Below the pieces are notes generated by a model that was not told the origin of the DNA, did no database searches, and saw nothing but the letters and a program-made list of their open reading frames with translations. A stretch of DNA of 32,000 bases. Origin: Paramicrosporidium saccamoebae KSL3. Lineage: Eukaryota > Fungi > Cryptomycota. The stretch lies in assembly GCA_002794465.1 (NCBI GenBank), contig MTSL01000219.1:52194-84193 (forward strand), in the 5' to 3' direction. Of this stretch, positions 14,579 through 24,223 are shown one piece after another. The number at the start of each line of letters is the position of its first letter. Positions within the stretch are counted from its first letter, which is position 1. The translations under genes were made by a program, and so were the position numbers.

Positions 14579-16047
14579 ATGCCCGAAATTCGCAGTTTTC
14601 GACAAAATTCAGTGGAAAGTTCAGCGTCTCAAAGTGAGGATGTTAAGAAAGTATACACACACCAGTTCTCGCAAATATATTTCTGCCGCCTGAAAGCCCT
14701 ATTGCCAATTCTGAAGAATCGGGCAGCGTCGTCGTGGTGCACTAATCAGAAGGGTTCTCCGAAATTGGTCGAACGTATCCTTGAACTGCATCCAGGCGAG
14801 GATTCCATAGTTTTCGGGACTATTTATGCAGAGTTACCAAACAAGCCCAATATCCTAAAGGACTTAGAGGGTGACGTACGCTACTTTCATTAGTCTGACT
14901 TTGACAGTTAGGTTTTCCCGTCCTGCAAACCCCATCCTCGTATCTGGGGGGCGACCACCTGTATTATATCGAAGATGAATCTGGAAGATTGGAATTGTCA
15001 TTTTCAGAATTTGGTCGCGAGCTGAGCCCTGTTACTGGCACTTGCATGGCCATTAGAGGATTTGAGAGACCTGATGGTAAATTTGAATTCAAAGACTATC
15101 TGCTACCGGGACTTGCCCCATCGTCTAGTAGGACTATTCCCAGTAAGAAATCTAGCGTCTTTTAGAACTGTCCGTTTAGGAGTGGCCACGTACGCAGCCA
15201 TTGTCTCGGGACTCCAATTTGGGCATGACGAGCAAGATGATCTTTCCATTGATCTATTATTTGACTTTTTGATGGGAAATCACCAGTTGGAAACTCAAAT
15301 CCCGGCCTGTCAAATCTCTTCTGTAGTGTTTGCCGGAAATAATTGCTGCATCGCAAAAAGGACAGACGAGTCGATCAAGGTGCCTGATTCTTGGCATCCA
15401 GTCTTTACTTGTTAGAAACGATATGGGCATGACCATGTACGGTACGACCTTGGCCCACTGCAGGAATTCGATAGCCGGTTATCACTACTGAGCCAATCTG
15501 TTTCAGTGGTTGTGATTCCTGGCTCTACGGATCCTGTTGGCTGTGCGCTGCCGCAGCATCCGTTCAAACGAGGTATTCTACCATCTAGTGCCAAGTCGCC
15601 CAACACTGTTCTTCTTGCGAATCCGTCAGTAGTGTCCTTGGAAGGAGGAAGTTTTCTCTTAACTTCGGGACAAAACATTGAAGACATGCTGCGTTATACC
15701 AATGACAAGGATCCTCTTAAAATGGCCGAGCTTGTCTTGAATTCTCGCCATATAGCTCCCTCAGCACCTGATACGCTATGTAGGTTGTGACAACATTCAT
15801 TTACATGTTTTTAGGGTGCTACCCATTTTGTGAAAAGGATCCATTCATTTTGAGCCAAAGTCCTCATTGCTTGGTCATTGGCAACCAAGAAAGCTATGCC
15901 GCATCAACCGTCTCGGGAGTTTCCATAGAGACTGGAGAGATGTCGTCGGTTCATGTGATCCTCTCTCCGTCCTTTCATGCTTCAAAGACAATAGTCCTTG
16001 TAGATCTTTGTGACCTTACCTGTCACCCGCTTTCTTTTGGAGTGTAG
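14579..16047 (+). CDS. POLD2: DNA polymerase delta small subunit (Pol31/POLD2), 5 exons
   Basis: Motifs YTHQFSQIYFCRL, GTIYAELPNKPNILKDL, IEDESGRLEL, IVSGLQFG, VIPGSTDPVGCALPQHPF, NPSVVSLEG, TSGQNIED, RHIAPSAPDTLWCYPF..KDPFI and PHCLVIGNQ; four short GT-AG introns. Confidence 0.93.
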
Positions 16048-16295
16048 TTAGCATAATAAAGGCGTCATCGAGATGATGGTTGCTATTGTAATAAATCCAA
16101 TTTCGACTTCTCGCCCATCGAAACAATAAGTTTGTAAAGTAGTGGAATGTTTAGCCGGGTATTTGTCCAAGCAGGGAAGGGAGTCAGAGGCGAGGAGTGG
16201 AATGAGAATATTGACTCCAATATTTGGACATTGACGCCATGCCGGCGAGTCGCAAGTTCTAATAAAAAGGCTTTTACTGCCAGTCTTGCGACTTG

Positions 16296-16888
16296 TTAGT
16301 CTAATTTTATGACTTCCAGTTCAATGGGGCACAGGACTTTTCGCATTGCATATGCATCTTCGCCGTCAGCGTAATATTTTTCCTCAATTCCAGAATTTAG
16401 GAAACCCAGAGTTTCTTTGTAAAGATGAAGCGCGGCTTTGTTGCTTTTCCGTACATGGAGAGTGACATGTGCTGCATCGTACACTTGGCACATGGCCCTT
16501 TCTAAACCATGCATTAGTTAGGATAAGGTGGATGGTACGGGATTGGCGCATCAATCTTTCTGCAAGTCCAAGCCGCCGATAATTCCTCATGACTGCTACC
16601 GATGTGATGTGCCCATGGGGCTTGGACGAAGAGCCCTCTTCTTCCCTAAAGGTTCAGATACACAGGTGATATACTACATTTTGGCCAAGACATACCCGAC
16701 TATGGTGCCTGAATCGTCTTCTGCCACCCATGAGCACTGGGGCCAAGAGAGTATGTGATAGATGTAATATTTCAGCTGGTAGTTTTCGGGGAGATTGTGA
16801 AGGTTACAATTCTGAACCTGAATCAGGTCTTCAACCTATACATTCAGTAGGATGGATACTAGCCCACTTTGCACGGCCTAATGTTCAT
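16296..16888 (-). CDS. NAA10: NatA catalytic subunit Naa10/Ard1 (4 exons)
   Basis: Spliced translation [39 protein letters not shown]...[12 protein letters not shown]...[23 protein letters not shown]...[15 protein letters not shown]...[11 protein letters not shown]. Confidence 0.95.
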
Positions 16889-16926
16889 AGTGTGTTTGAG
16901 ACGAAAAGAAAGACAATTTTCTTTTT

Positions 16927-17552
16927 ATGATAATACATAGGAGGCATGCAATCCAATCTTTTTTGTCGAAAGTCTTTATCCATACAATGCCCCTCCCAAA
17001 AAGTCACCGTGACCAAAAACTTATCCCGTAGCCAGAGATTGTAGGCTAATATTAGATTCACAGTTGAGCAGGTATACTCTGTAATCTCAGATGTGGACAA
17101 GTATCCCGAATTCGTTCCTTGGTGTGTTGGCACACAGGAGACTGAAAGATTCTTGACGGATGCCGACCAAAAGTTTGTTGAGGCGGGCGGAATATCTGCG
17201 GCAAACACAGTTAGATACATTGAGATGGCGGTTGGATTCAAAGCTCTCAATGACAAGTATGTTTCCCGGGTTCTAAGCACTGCAAACGAGAGCGTCTACG
17301 TATGCTCCATTGAACTTTTTCTCAAAACCATAGGCAGAGGCCATTGATGCGCGTCTCTTTAAGCATCTCGTTTCAGAGTGGCGCTTTTCTCCTGCAGGAA
17401 GCTCATGTCTGGTCAATTTCAAAATCGACTTTGAGTTCCGATCATATCTGTATGCGTATTTTGCAAACATGTTCTTTGCAGAGGTTGCGCTTAGAATGGT
17501 GGATGCATTCGAAAAGAGATGCCACGAGCTCTTTGATTCCAAGTCTAGTTAG
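16927..17552 (+). CDS. COQ10: Coenzyme Q-binding START-domain protein Coq10 (3 exons)
   Basis: Spliced translation QKLIPFTVEQVYSVISDVDKYPEFVPWC...AVGFKALNDKYVSRV...LFKHLVSEWRFSP...FKIDFEFRSYLYAYFANMFFAEVALRMVDAFEKRC. Confidence 0.9.
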
Positions 17553-17585
17553 ATTTTTGACCAAAGTTGCAAGTATTTTGTGTAT

Positions 17586-19323
17586 TTAGAGTTTTGAATA
17601 ATCATTAACTATACTACTGGAGTGCTCTCGCCGTCTACAACAAAGCGCCTTACCAATCAGTGTCAGTATGTGTCTTCTGAAGAAGAATATGAGCAGCAAT
17701 GCCGGGAGAGAGCCAAGAAGGACTCCAACGAGCAGGGTAGTCTTTCGAGACTGGAATGGCGAAGGAATGGTTTTGGAGATGGGGTTTTCGTCGACTGGAC
17801 CATCGCTATAGTCTAGTATCATCCGGCTTCCAAATTCTTCTGGGAATACAGCAGCACTCTAGAAATTTAGTGGTGTGAAAGCCAAGAACCTCCAAAGTTA
17901 TAATCACAGAATCAACAGTCTTGCAATCTTCACAAAATGGACGTATAAACTTCCAGGAAACATTGACGATTCCCGCTCCCAGTCGAATGGCTGGCATGGG
18001 GATTTCTGGAAGGGATGCATGATCATCGTGATCTGCCGTCCATGAGTAGCTCTCGATACCATTTATGGACACGGTCAAACGATCTTGATCAGCAAGCGGC
18101 CCGTCGGTGCTCCAGCGGAAAGCCAGCACAGGGTTCTGAACTTGATGGCTCTATGAAGGGTAAGATTTTCCTAAAGAGAGTACAATATTTAGCCGGACGG
18201 TGTAGTCAGACTCTCCCGAATCCATCTGAGGCAATAGCCGCACAGAATCGCGCGTTATTAACCACGGGTTGCAATTTGTTACATTTCTCATGGCGCAGTC
18301 ACGAAATATGTATCGATCGAAACTTCCAGACTCGGGACGTTCATTCTCCAGACAGCGTAACGGCTCACATGACGTGGTGCTTTGCAGAACTGTGATTCCC
18401 GTGGCATGCACCGTTCTTGCCTGGACGTTCACCCAATCAGACATGAACAGGATCTCTTTTGCAGCTCTCCTGGCACCTGGGCATAAGTATGTTGAATTAT
18501 ATGGTGGAAAGGAGCCAAGGCTAGAACAATCTGGATCACTCTTAATGTAAATGATTCTTTGGCATCGGCCAAGCCCAATCGGAACAGATAGATCTCTTAA
18601 ATCTTCTAACGTGCAATCACATGGAACCATATATGTCGAGTTTTTTTGCACCAAAAGTCTTGGCTTGATGCATATTCTACCATCCAGGACCTCATATGTC
18701 ATGGATCGTCGACGGAGCCCGTTTGGAAAATGTTGACAGTGCCCAAATCTGACGAAATAGTCATCGTTTCGACATTCTATACGATCACCACTGGCCACTA
18801 TGATTTTACCTACTTTGGGTGCATTCAAATTGTAATTAAAGTCTTCATCGATGCATTGGGTGTCCTTGAGGTTGGATGAAAAAAGTACATCGCTGGTAGA
18901 TCCAATGTTCTCATTTGTACACTGATCCATTAGCAAATGTCTATGGTGAGCGCATAGCATGGCAGAACCTGACAGAGTGGCAAATCCCAACATGTTCTCC
19001 AAAGGAACCACAGTCACGAGCGCTCATCAAGCACGAGGCCTTCATGAGTGCCTCTAGACACTGGGCGTCCTTGGCTGTTGCTGCTATCTCTTTGGATTAT
19101 GACGCAATAATTACCATGTACTTTGGACGTAGTCAAAGTCAATTTTTGCAAGATTCCTCCTACTCAATGCCGAAATTTTGTTGAAATATTTCCCACACAA
19201 CTCTGAGTCCTTGCTGAAGGACTGACAACTGTCGGATCTACTAGCGAAGCTATTACTGGTGAACAGTCCTCCACGCACAAAATGGAGCAAAACCAATAGG
19301 GCAATGCTCATGCCCAAAACCAT
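17586..19323 (-). CDS. Type I single-pass membrane protein with an N-terminal Frizzled-like cysteine-rich domain (5 exons, 535 aa)
   Basis: Introns 19090-19121, 18941-18968, 18151-18183 and 17813-17849 join the ORF fragments into a 1608-nt frame. Signal peptide MVLGMSIALLVLLHFVRG, 8-Cys CRD, Cys-rich ectodomain, TM helix LLVGVLLGSLPALLLIFFF followed by RRH and a short tail. Confidence 0.6.
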
Positions 19324-19378
19324 TGTGCCCGGTTGTAAACAAAAAAGTGTATTTATCCAAGTCGACACGAGTCTAAGA

Positions 19379-19797
19379 TTAACCAAACGTATTCTCACCA
19401 GAATAAACAACGTAGAGGAATCCATCCGGGTCATGCTTTTGAATGTAAACGGTGGAAATTGACTGGTGAGCGGGAAGAAGTGAATTATTCACAAACAGAA
19501 ATATCGAGGTCTGTGATGAGACTTTTATGCGATTTCGGATAATTGTGGTCAGATTCCCAATAGTAAATTCCCCAGGAACCAAGAGCCTTTCGGAGGCCAA
19601 GTCCGGAAGATCGCTACTGGAAAGTTTTTCGCAAATTACCTAAACATTGGGCACATTTGACCTTGCTACTGGGATTCTGTCAGGATATTGCCCCCGAAGG
19701 TTGTCCGATTTACTTTTTCTTTCTTCTATAAATAAGATAAAGACGCCAAGTTAAGCATGCTACTTTGGTCGTACTGAAGTTTGAAACTGGTAGACAT
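19379..19797 (-). CDS. ATG8: Autophagy ubiquitin-like protein Atg8 family (3 exons, 116 aa)
   Basis: Introns 19726-19763 and 19640-19669. Translation MSTSFKLQYDQKERKSKSDNLRGQYPDRIPVICEK...LLVP...IFLFVN...DPDGFLYVVYSGENTFG*. Confidence 0.93.
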
Positions 19798-19862
19798 GGC
19801 TGCACCTTGCACAAAGCTATCGAACAGGGGGCGACCGTCCATTTAGCCAAGATAAAATGTAT

Positions 19863-20207
19863 TCACATAGGCTCTATAAATACTGTTGTAGTCTTTAGGG
19901 AATCGCCATCGTGCTCTGTAATACACGTACTTGTAGGTTCATCGGGAACATCTTGTTCTTCTATTTCAGCTACCACCATCTGAACGGCCTTTGATATCCG
20001 CTGCCGACGCTGTCGGTTTCGGTCTCTACGGATTTCGTCTACGAATTTTTGCTGCTTTTCCTTGGCCTTTTGCTTTTTGAGCTTGTTGCGCTTTTCAAAT
20101 CCAGTCAAAAATTCATGTCTGGCTTTGGTGTCAAATATAACCTTTGTCTGTTGCTTTGTCCTGCCGTTCTTCTTTGGTACTGCGGAGCCGTTCAAATCTT
20201 CCGCCAT
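19863..20207 (-). CDS. RRP17: Rrp17/NOL12 (Nop25 family) ribosome biogenesis protein
   Basis: Family motif VIFDTKARHEFLTGFEKR followed by a basic coiled coil, and a C-terminal TTVFIEPM. Confidence 0.8.
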   Translation of the reverse strand: MAEDLNGSAVPKKNGRTKQQTKVIFDTKARHEFLTGFEKRNKLKKQKAKEKQQKFVDEIRRDRNRQRRQRISKAVQMVVAEIEEQDVPDEPTSTCITEHDGDSLKTTTVFIEPM

Positions 20208-20249
20208 GGATATACCTGGATATAGCCCCGGCAACAGTTGCCTTATTCT

Positions 20250-20430
20250 CCAGCATTGTGAATAATGCGAGGCCTGTAGTAGCGATCCTGCTTAATTTTG
20301 AGTGAAAGGCGGTGTTGAAGAGCGAACTGGTTCTTACAAAAGTATGTGGCATATAGGAAGCCATCCTTAAGGAGACGGGAATGGCTTGTGGGATCGCTAT
20401 CAGGGCCGAACTCGCCAATGATAAGCGTGT
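20250..20430. ncRNA. Candidate structured ncRNA, unidentified
   Basis: 12-bp helix 20280-20291 with 20388-20399, plus enclosed hairpins AAGAGC/GTTCTT and AAGCCAT/ATGGCTT, inside a 578-bp gap between RRP17 and the ALDH gene. Confidence 0.25.
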
Positions 20431-20785
20431 GACATAGAGGTAGAGGATTGATTAGTTGGGTATTTGTGTGCTAGAGTGGATCGCTTTGCTGGGTATTTGA
20501 GGACAGTGAGATGTGGATCCATACTATTATAGGATTAGCAGTAAACAGACCCCCTTCCTGTCCATACTATTTATCCCCACTACGCGACAAGCGGAAGAGG
20601 TTTGATAGGTTGCTTTTACTAAAGAGTGCATCTCCTTTTTAGATGATACCCACCCATTGTTAACAGCCCTGATAATGAGTGGATACTGTTCTACAAATCC
20701 TTTATCTCTGGCTTGTATATATGCTATATCATCTCACAATTACGACTATAAAGCGACGATTGGGCTCTTTGCATCCGCGTACTTT

Positions 20786-22306
20786 CTAACAGATGGCTGT
20801 TATCGACTTTGTATCTGAGAAGAACTCCAACGCATATGTACCACCTTCTCTCCCATAACCACTGGATTTCACCCCACCGAAGGGAGTGGCCAGGTCACGT
20901 ACCATCCAGCAGTTGATCCAGACCACACCGCTCTTTATTCCACGAGCGACGCGCTGGCCTCGCTTTCCGTCAGAAGTCCAGACCGAGGCTGCCAAGCCAT
21001 ATTCAACGTCATTGGCAAGCATAACAGCTTCCTCTTCGGTATCAAATGGCATGACACAGACAACAGGACCAAAGATTTCCTCTTGAATAACTCGTGACTT
21101 TTGCGAAACACCGGTGATGATTGTCGGAGAGACAAAGAACCCACCCTCACAGCCAGACACTGACACTGCCGAGCCACCGCATAGAATCTGGGCTTTTTCG
21201 CCGCGGGCAAGATCAATATATGAAAGCACCTTTTCCTGATGGGCCTTGCTTACCAAGGCGCCCATATCAGAAGAAGAGTCTAGCGGATCCCCGACCTTTA
21301 GTGCAGACACTCTGGCGGCGAATGCATCCAAAAACTTTTCGTAGATACTGCGTTGAACGTAGATTCGAGAGCAGCAGAGACATATTTCGCCCTGATTGGA
21401 GAAACCGGCACGAACACTGGTATTAACAGCTGCTTCAAAGTCACAGTCTTCAAAGATAATCGCGGGATTCTTGCCTCCCAATTCAAGTGATACCTTTTTG
21501 CCACGGGAGGCGGCCGTTGCTGCAATTGTTCGCCCCGTAGCAGTTCCTCCCGTAAAGGAGATGGCACTAATTCCAGAATGTCCAACAATAGCCTGGCCAA
21601 CTGTATTTCCATACCCAAAGACCACGTTCATGACACCCGGAGGAAATCCAGCAGCCGAAAACAGCTCCAATAACATGTATGCCGTTAAACTGGTTAGTTC
21701 GCTCGGTTTCGCGACAATGCAATTCCCCATGGCTAAAGCGGGGGCAATTTTCCAAGTCAACAAGTATAGGGGAAGATTCCAAGGACTGATGATACCTACG
21801 ACACCGATAGGCTCATGACGAACATTGCTATGGGATATTGCTCCAGGTATTTCCATTTCAGTTGAAATCTCATGGAAATTGACCACGAGGCCAGCATAAT
21901 ACCGAAGATTGGTTACACAGCGCGGAATCTCCAGTTCTTGGGCCTGCTTCAAAGTCTTGCCTTGGTCCTGTGACTCCGCCTTTGCTAAAGGTCAGTGAGC
22001 GTATCAAAGTTACCAAACTCGGGGATTCGTTCCTCAAGCAGATCCGCCAGACGATGCATCAACTTTGCACGGTGGGCGCGCGAAGTTTGAGACCAGCCAT
22101 GGAATGCTTTTAATGCTGCCTGGACAGCCTCGTTGACGTCCGACTCGGACGAGTCTGGCACACGGCAGTTTACCTATCGTTGTAAATGCTTAAAGGTAGA
22201 CGAGTACAGCCCCCGTGGCTGGATTGAAACTGTCAATGTACTTGTTGCTTAAAGGCTCCACAAGCTTTCCATCAATCAGGTTTTGTAGAGTGATTATCGG
22301 CATCAT
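20786..22306 (-). CDS. Aldehyde dehydrogenase, ALDH8A1 / 2-aminomuconate semialdehyde dehydrogenase-like (multi-exon)
   Basis: Motifs ISPWNLPLYLLTWKIAPALAMGNCIVAKPSELT, ISFTGGTATG, SLELGGKNP (catalytic Glu), FSNQGEICLCCSRI (catalytic Cys), EEIFGPV, and WINCWMVRDLATPFGGVKSSGYGREGG. N-terminal exon LQNLIDGKLVEP..YIDSFNPATG. Confidence 0.9.
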
Positions 22307-22423
22307 TGCAAGTGTCCGTAACGTCCAATGAAGATCCACGGATAGATTAAATGCACCAAATATAGTAACAGCCGATTTATTCACAAGTGGGGCAACATGA
22401 TTGGCCCAAGACCAAGCCACAAA

Positions 22424-23230
22424 ATGACCCGCTGGTGGCCTTCGTCCTGGGGTCGAAAACGCTCCGGAAGCGAGTATAGCGAACCCGAGGCAGACGGTAT
22501 GAATACTAACGACGGAAATGCTACTAATCCATTTGCACATGAAGCCTCATCGTCGCGGGTAAGGCTGGAAGAGGGGCACGACGAATCCACGGACCCTGAG
22601 CTGGCGATATCCCCAAAGAGTATCCAGCTGTTGGAAGAGGCTGAGATTCGAGCACATCATCGTTCAAGACGCAGAAAGTAAGGCTGCAGTTTGTGTACTC
22701 ATCAACGTAGGATACTAATAGGAACGATAACAACCATGATTGTGCTGCTTGGAATTATCGTCTTTGTCTTGTTTCCCCGCGAAACATATTTCAACATTGT
22801 AGCATTTGATATTGATGCCAACAACTCGACATATTATGACGGAGGCCAGTTGATGACGAATTGGATTTCGCGAGTCGGAATCGATAACCAAAACTTTTAC
22901 CCTATCAGCATCCGGGAGATAAGACTAAAGGCGTTCTTGGACCACGACCGAAGCTCTCCAGTTGGACTGGGCCACGGCAACGATCTGTACTTTCCTTCAA
23001 GGTCGCACGGTGTGAATCCTGTTGATTTCCGAATGCCCGTCTTCGCCCCCAGTACAGGAAAGCCTAGCTTGATTGCCGAGTGTATGGCAAATGAACGCAT
23101 AGATTTGTTCATCACCGCAGAGATAGATTTGAGCTGGACTCATTGGACTGGGCATTGGATTCCAGTCGAGTTTTATGCCACTGTTGACTGTAGACTCCCG
23201 GCGGTAGTCCAGGTCTTTCGGCGTGTATAG
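22424..23230 (+). CDS. Type II membrane protein with TMEM106/LEA_2-like lumenal domain (2 exons)
   Basis: Disordered cytosolic N-terminus, intron 22678-22710, TM helix ILIGTITTMIVLLGIIVFVLFPR, then a beta-rich domain with IDNQNFYPISI, matching the FFLFPR...NNNYY pattern of TMEM106/LEA_2 proteins. The start could be 22397. Confidence 0.65.
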
Positions 23231-23419
23231 CCTTCGTTGATGTGATTCACTGAAACCCATTGTAAATAAATGGCTTAAATGTATGTTGCTGTCGCATAGT
23301 GGGAATGTGATACATGGTCGATAACGTGGAAAGGGAATGAAAGAGTTTCCAATCAAATCGTACGTTTATAGTTTTTCCGACTCCACTCTTGATGTTACGC
23401 AGTGATATTAGCTTAATAC

Positions 23420-23525
23420 ATCGAATTGCGAATCTAAAATTAATGCCGCATGGTGGATCAACTCACCATGCTGAGGGCGCAGTAATCCGCACTGAGGAGT
23501 GCAATCAGACGGAACCTTTCCCCCG
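23420..23525 (-). ncRNA. Candidate snRNA-like element resembling the 3' half of U1 snRNA
   Basis: Minus strand has a hairpin presenting ATTGCACTCC (23505-23496), then an 8-bp hairpin GCATGGTG/CACCATGC, then GGCATTAATTTTAG, a weak Sm-site-like sequence. No ACTTACC 5' end was found. Confidence 0.25.
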
Positions 23526-23775
23526 CAAAATAAGGTTATTAGTTTAATAAATACGTATTACAATTGGTTCTTGAGCGTAGGGTGCTCATCACACAAAGAC
23601 CTTACTGATTCGCGAGAATATACATTTATTAAAGGTGCCTCTATAAGCCATCATCTTCAACGCGCCGGGTAGTGAGATAGCTCTGCCAGGAGTACCAGTG
23701 ATGATTAAACGCTTTAGCAGACCTCAATATCATCCCCGGTCCATCTATATACAAGCTCCTACACATGTCCTAGTA

Positions 23776-24207
23776 TTATTTGAAAATAACTGCAAAGGCC
23801 TCAACCAACTGCAGACTATAATCTTGACAAAATTTGGAATTATCCAGAATATCAGGATGCCACTGGACAATTGACGAAAAACTGCCAGCTACCTGGAGAT
23901 CAGTGCTAACTACCAACCCTGCAAATCATGAGTCTATGAAAGATTTAAAACCTTTTAGCGAGTGCGGTAACTCGACTTGTTTCCCTTCCAGCTTCCTTCC
24001 TCTAAATGAAGCTTCTAATGTCAAGGATTTGGCTGGCGAGAAAGGGTCTGGGACACCCAGTGCCCTGTTCTTTGCTACAGAAGGAGACTCGGAGATTGTC
24101 GAGCTGTTTGTGACATGGAAAAACTCTGACACCTCCGTGGGGCCTTCGTAGTCAATGTGGCATGGAATTTGATGGAGGGTAGTCAAAGATGAGCTTTCAG
24201 TCAACAT
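23776..24207 (-). CDS. RNASEH2C: Ribonuclease H2 subunit C (2 exons)
   Basis: Motifs LHQIPCHIDYEGPTEVSEFF and LEASFRGRKLEGKQVELP..LKG. A GTTTTA...GCAG intron leads to LVVSTDLQVAGSFSSIVQWHPD. Confidence 0.8.
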
Positions 24208-24223
24208 GAAAAGAATTTGTTAA

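Noticed and set aside
20131-20418. 95-aa minus-strand ORF upstream of RRP17
   Set aside because: Non-ATG start in the track, overlap with RRP17 in another frame, and no recognisable domain. It cannot be fully excluded without expression data.
20612-20625. GCTTTTACTAAAGA, resembling U5 snRNA loop 1 (GCCUUUUACUAAAGA)
   Set aside because: One invariant C is missing and the upstream bases cannot form the closing stem; there is no downstream Sm site in the right position.
23420-23700. Assignment of the ATTGCACTCC hairpin to U2 snRNA stem-loop IV
   Set aside because: The highly conserved U2 5' region with the GTGTAGTA branch-point recognition sequence is absent upstream.
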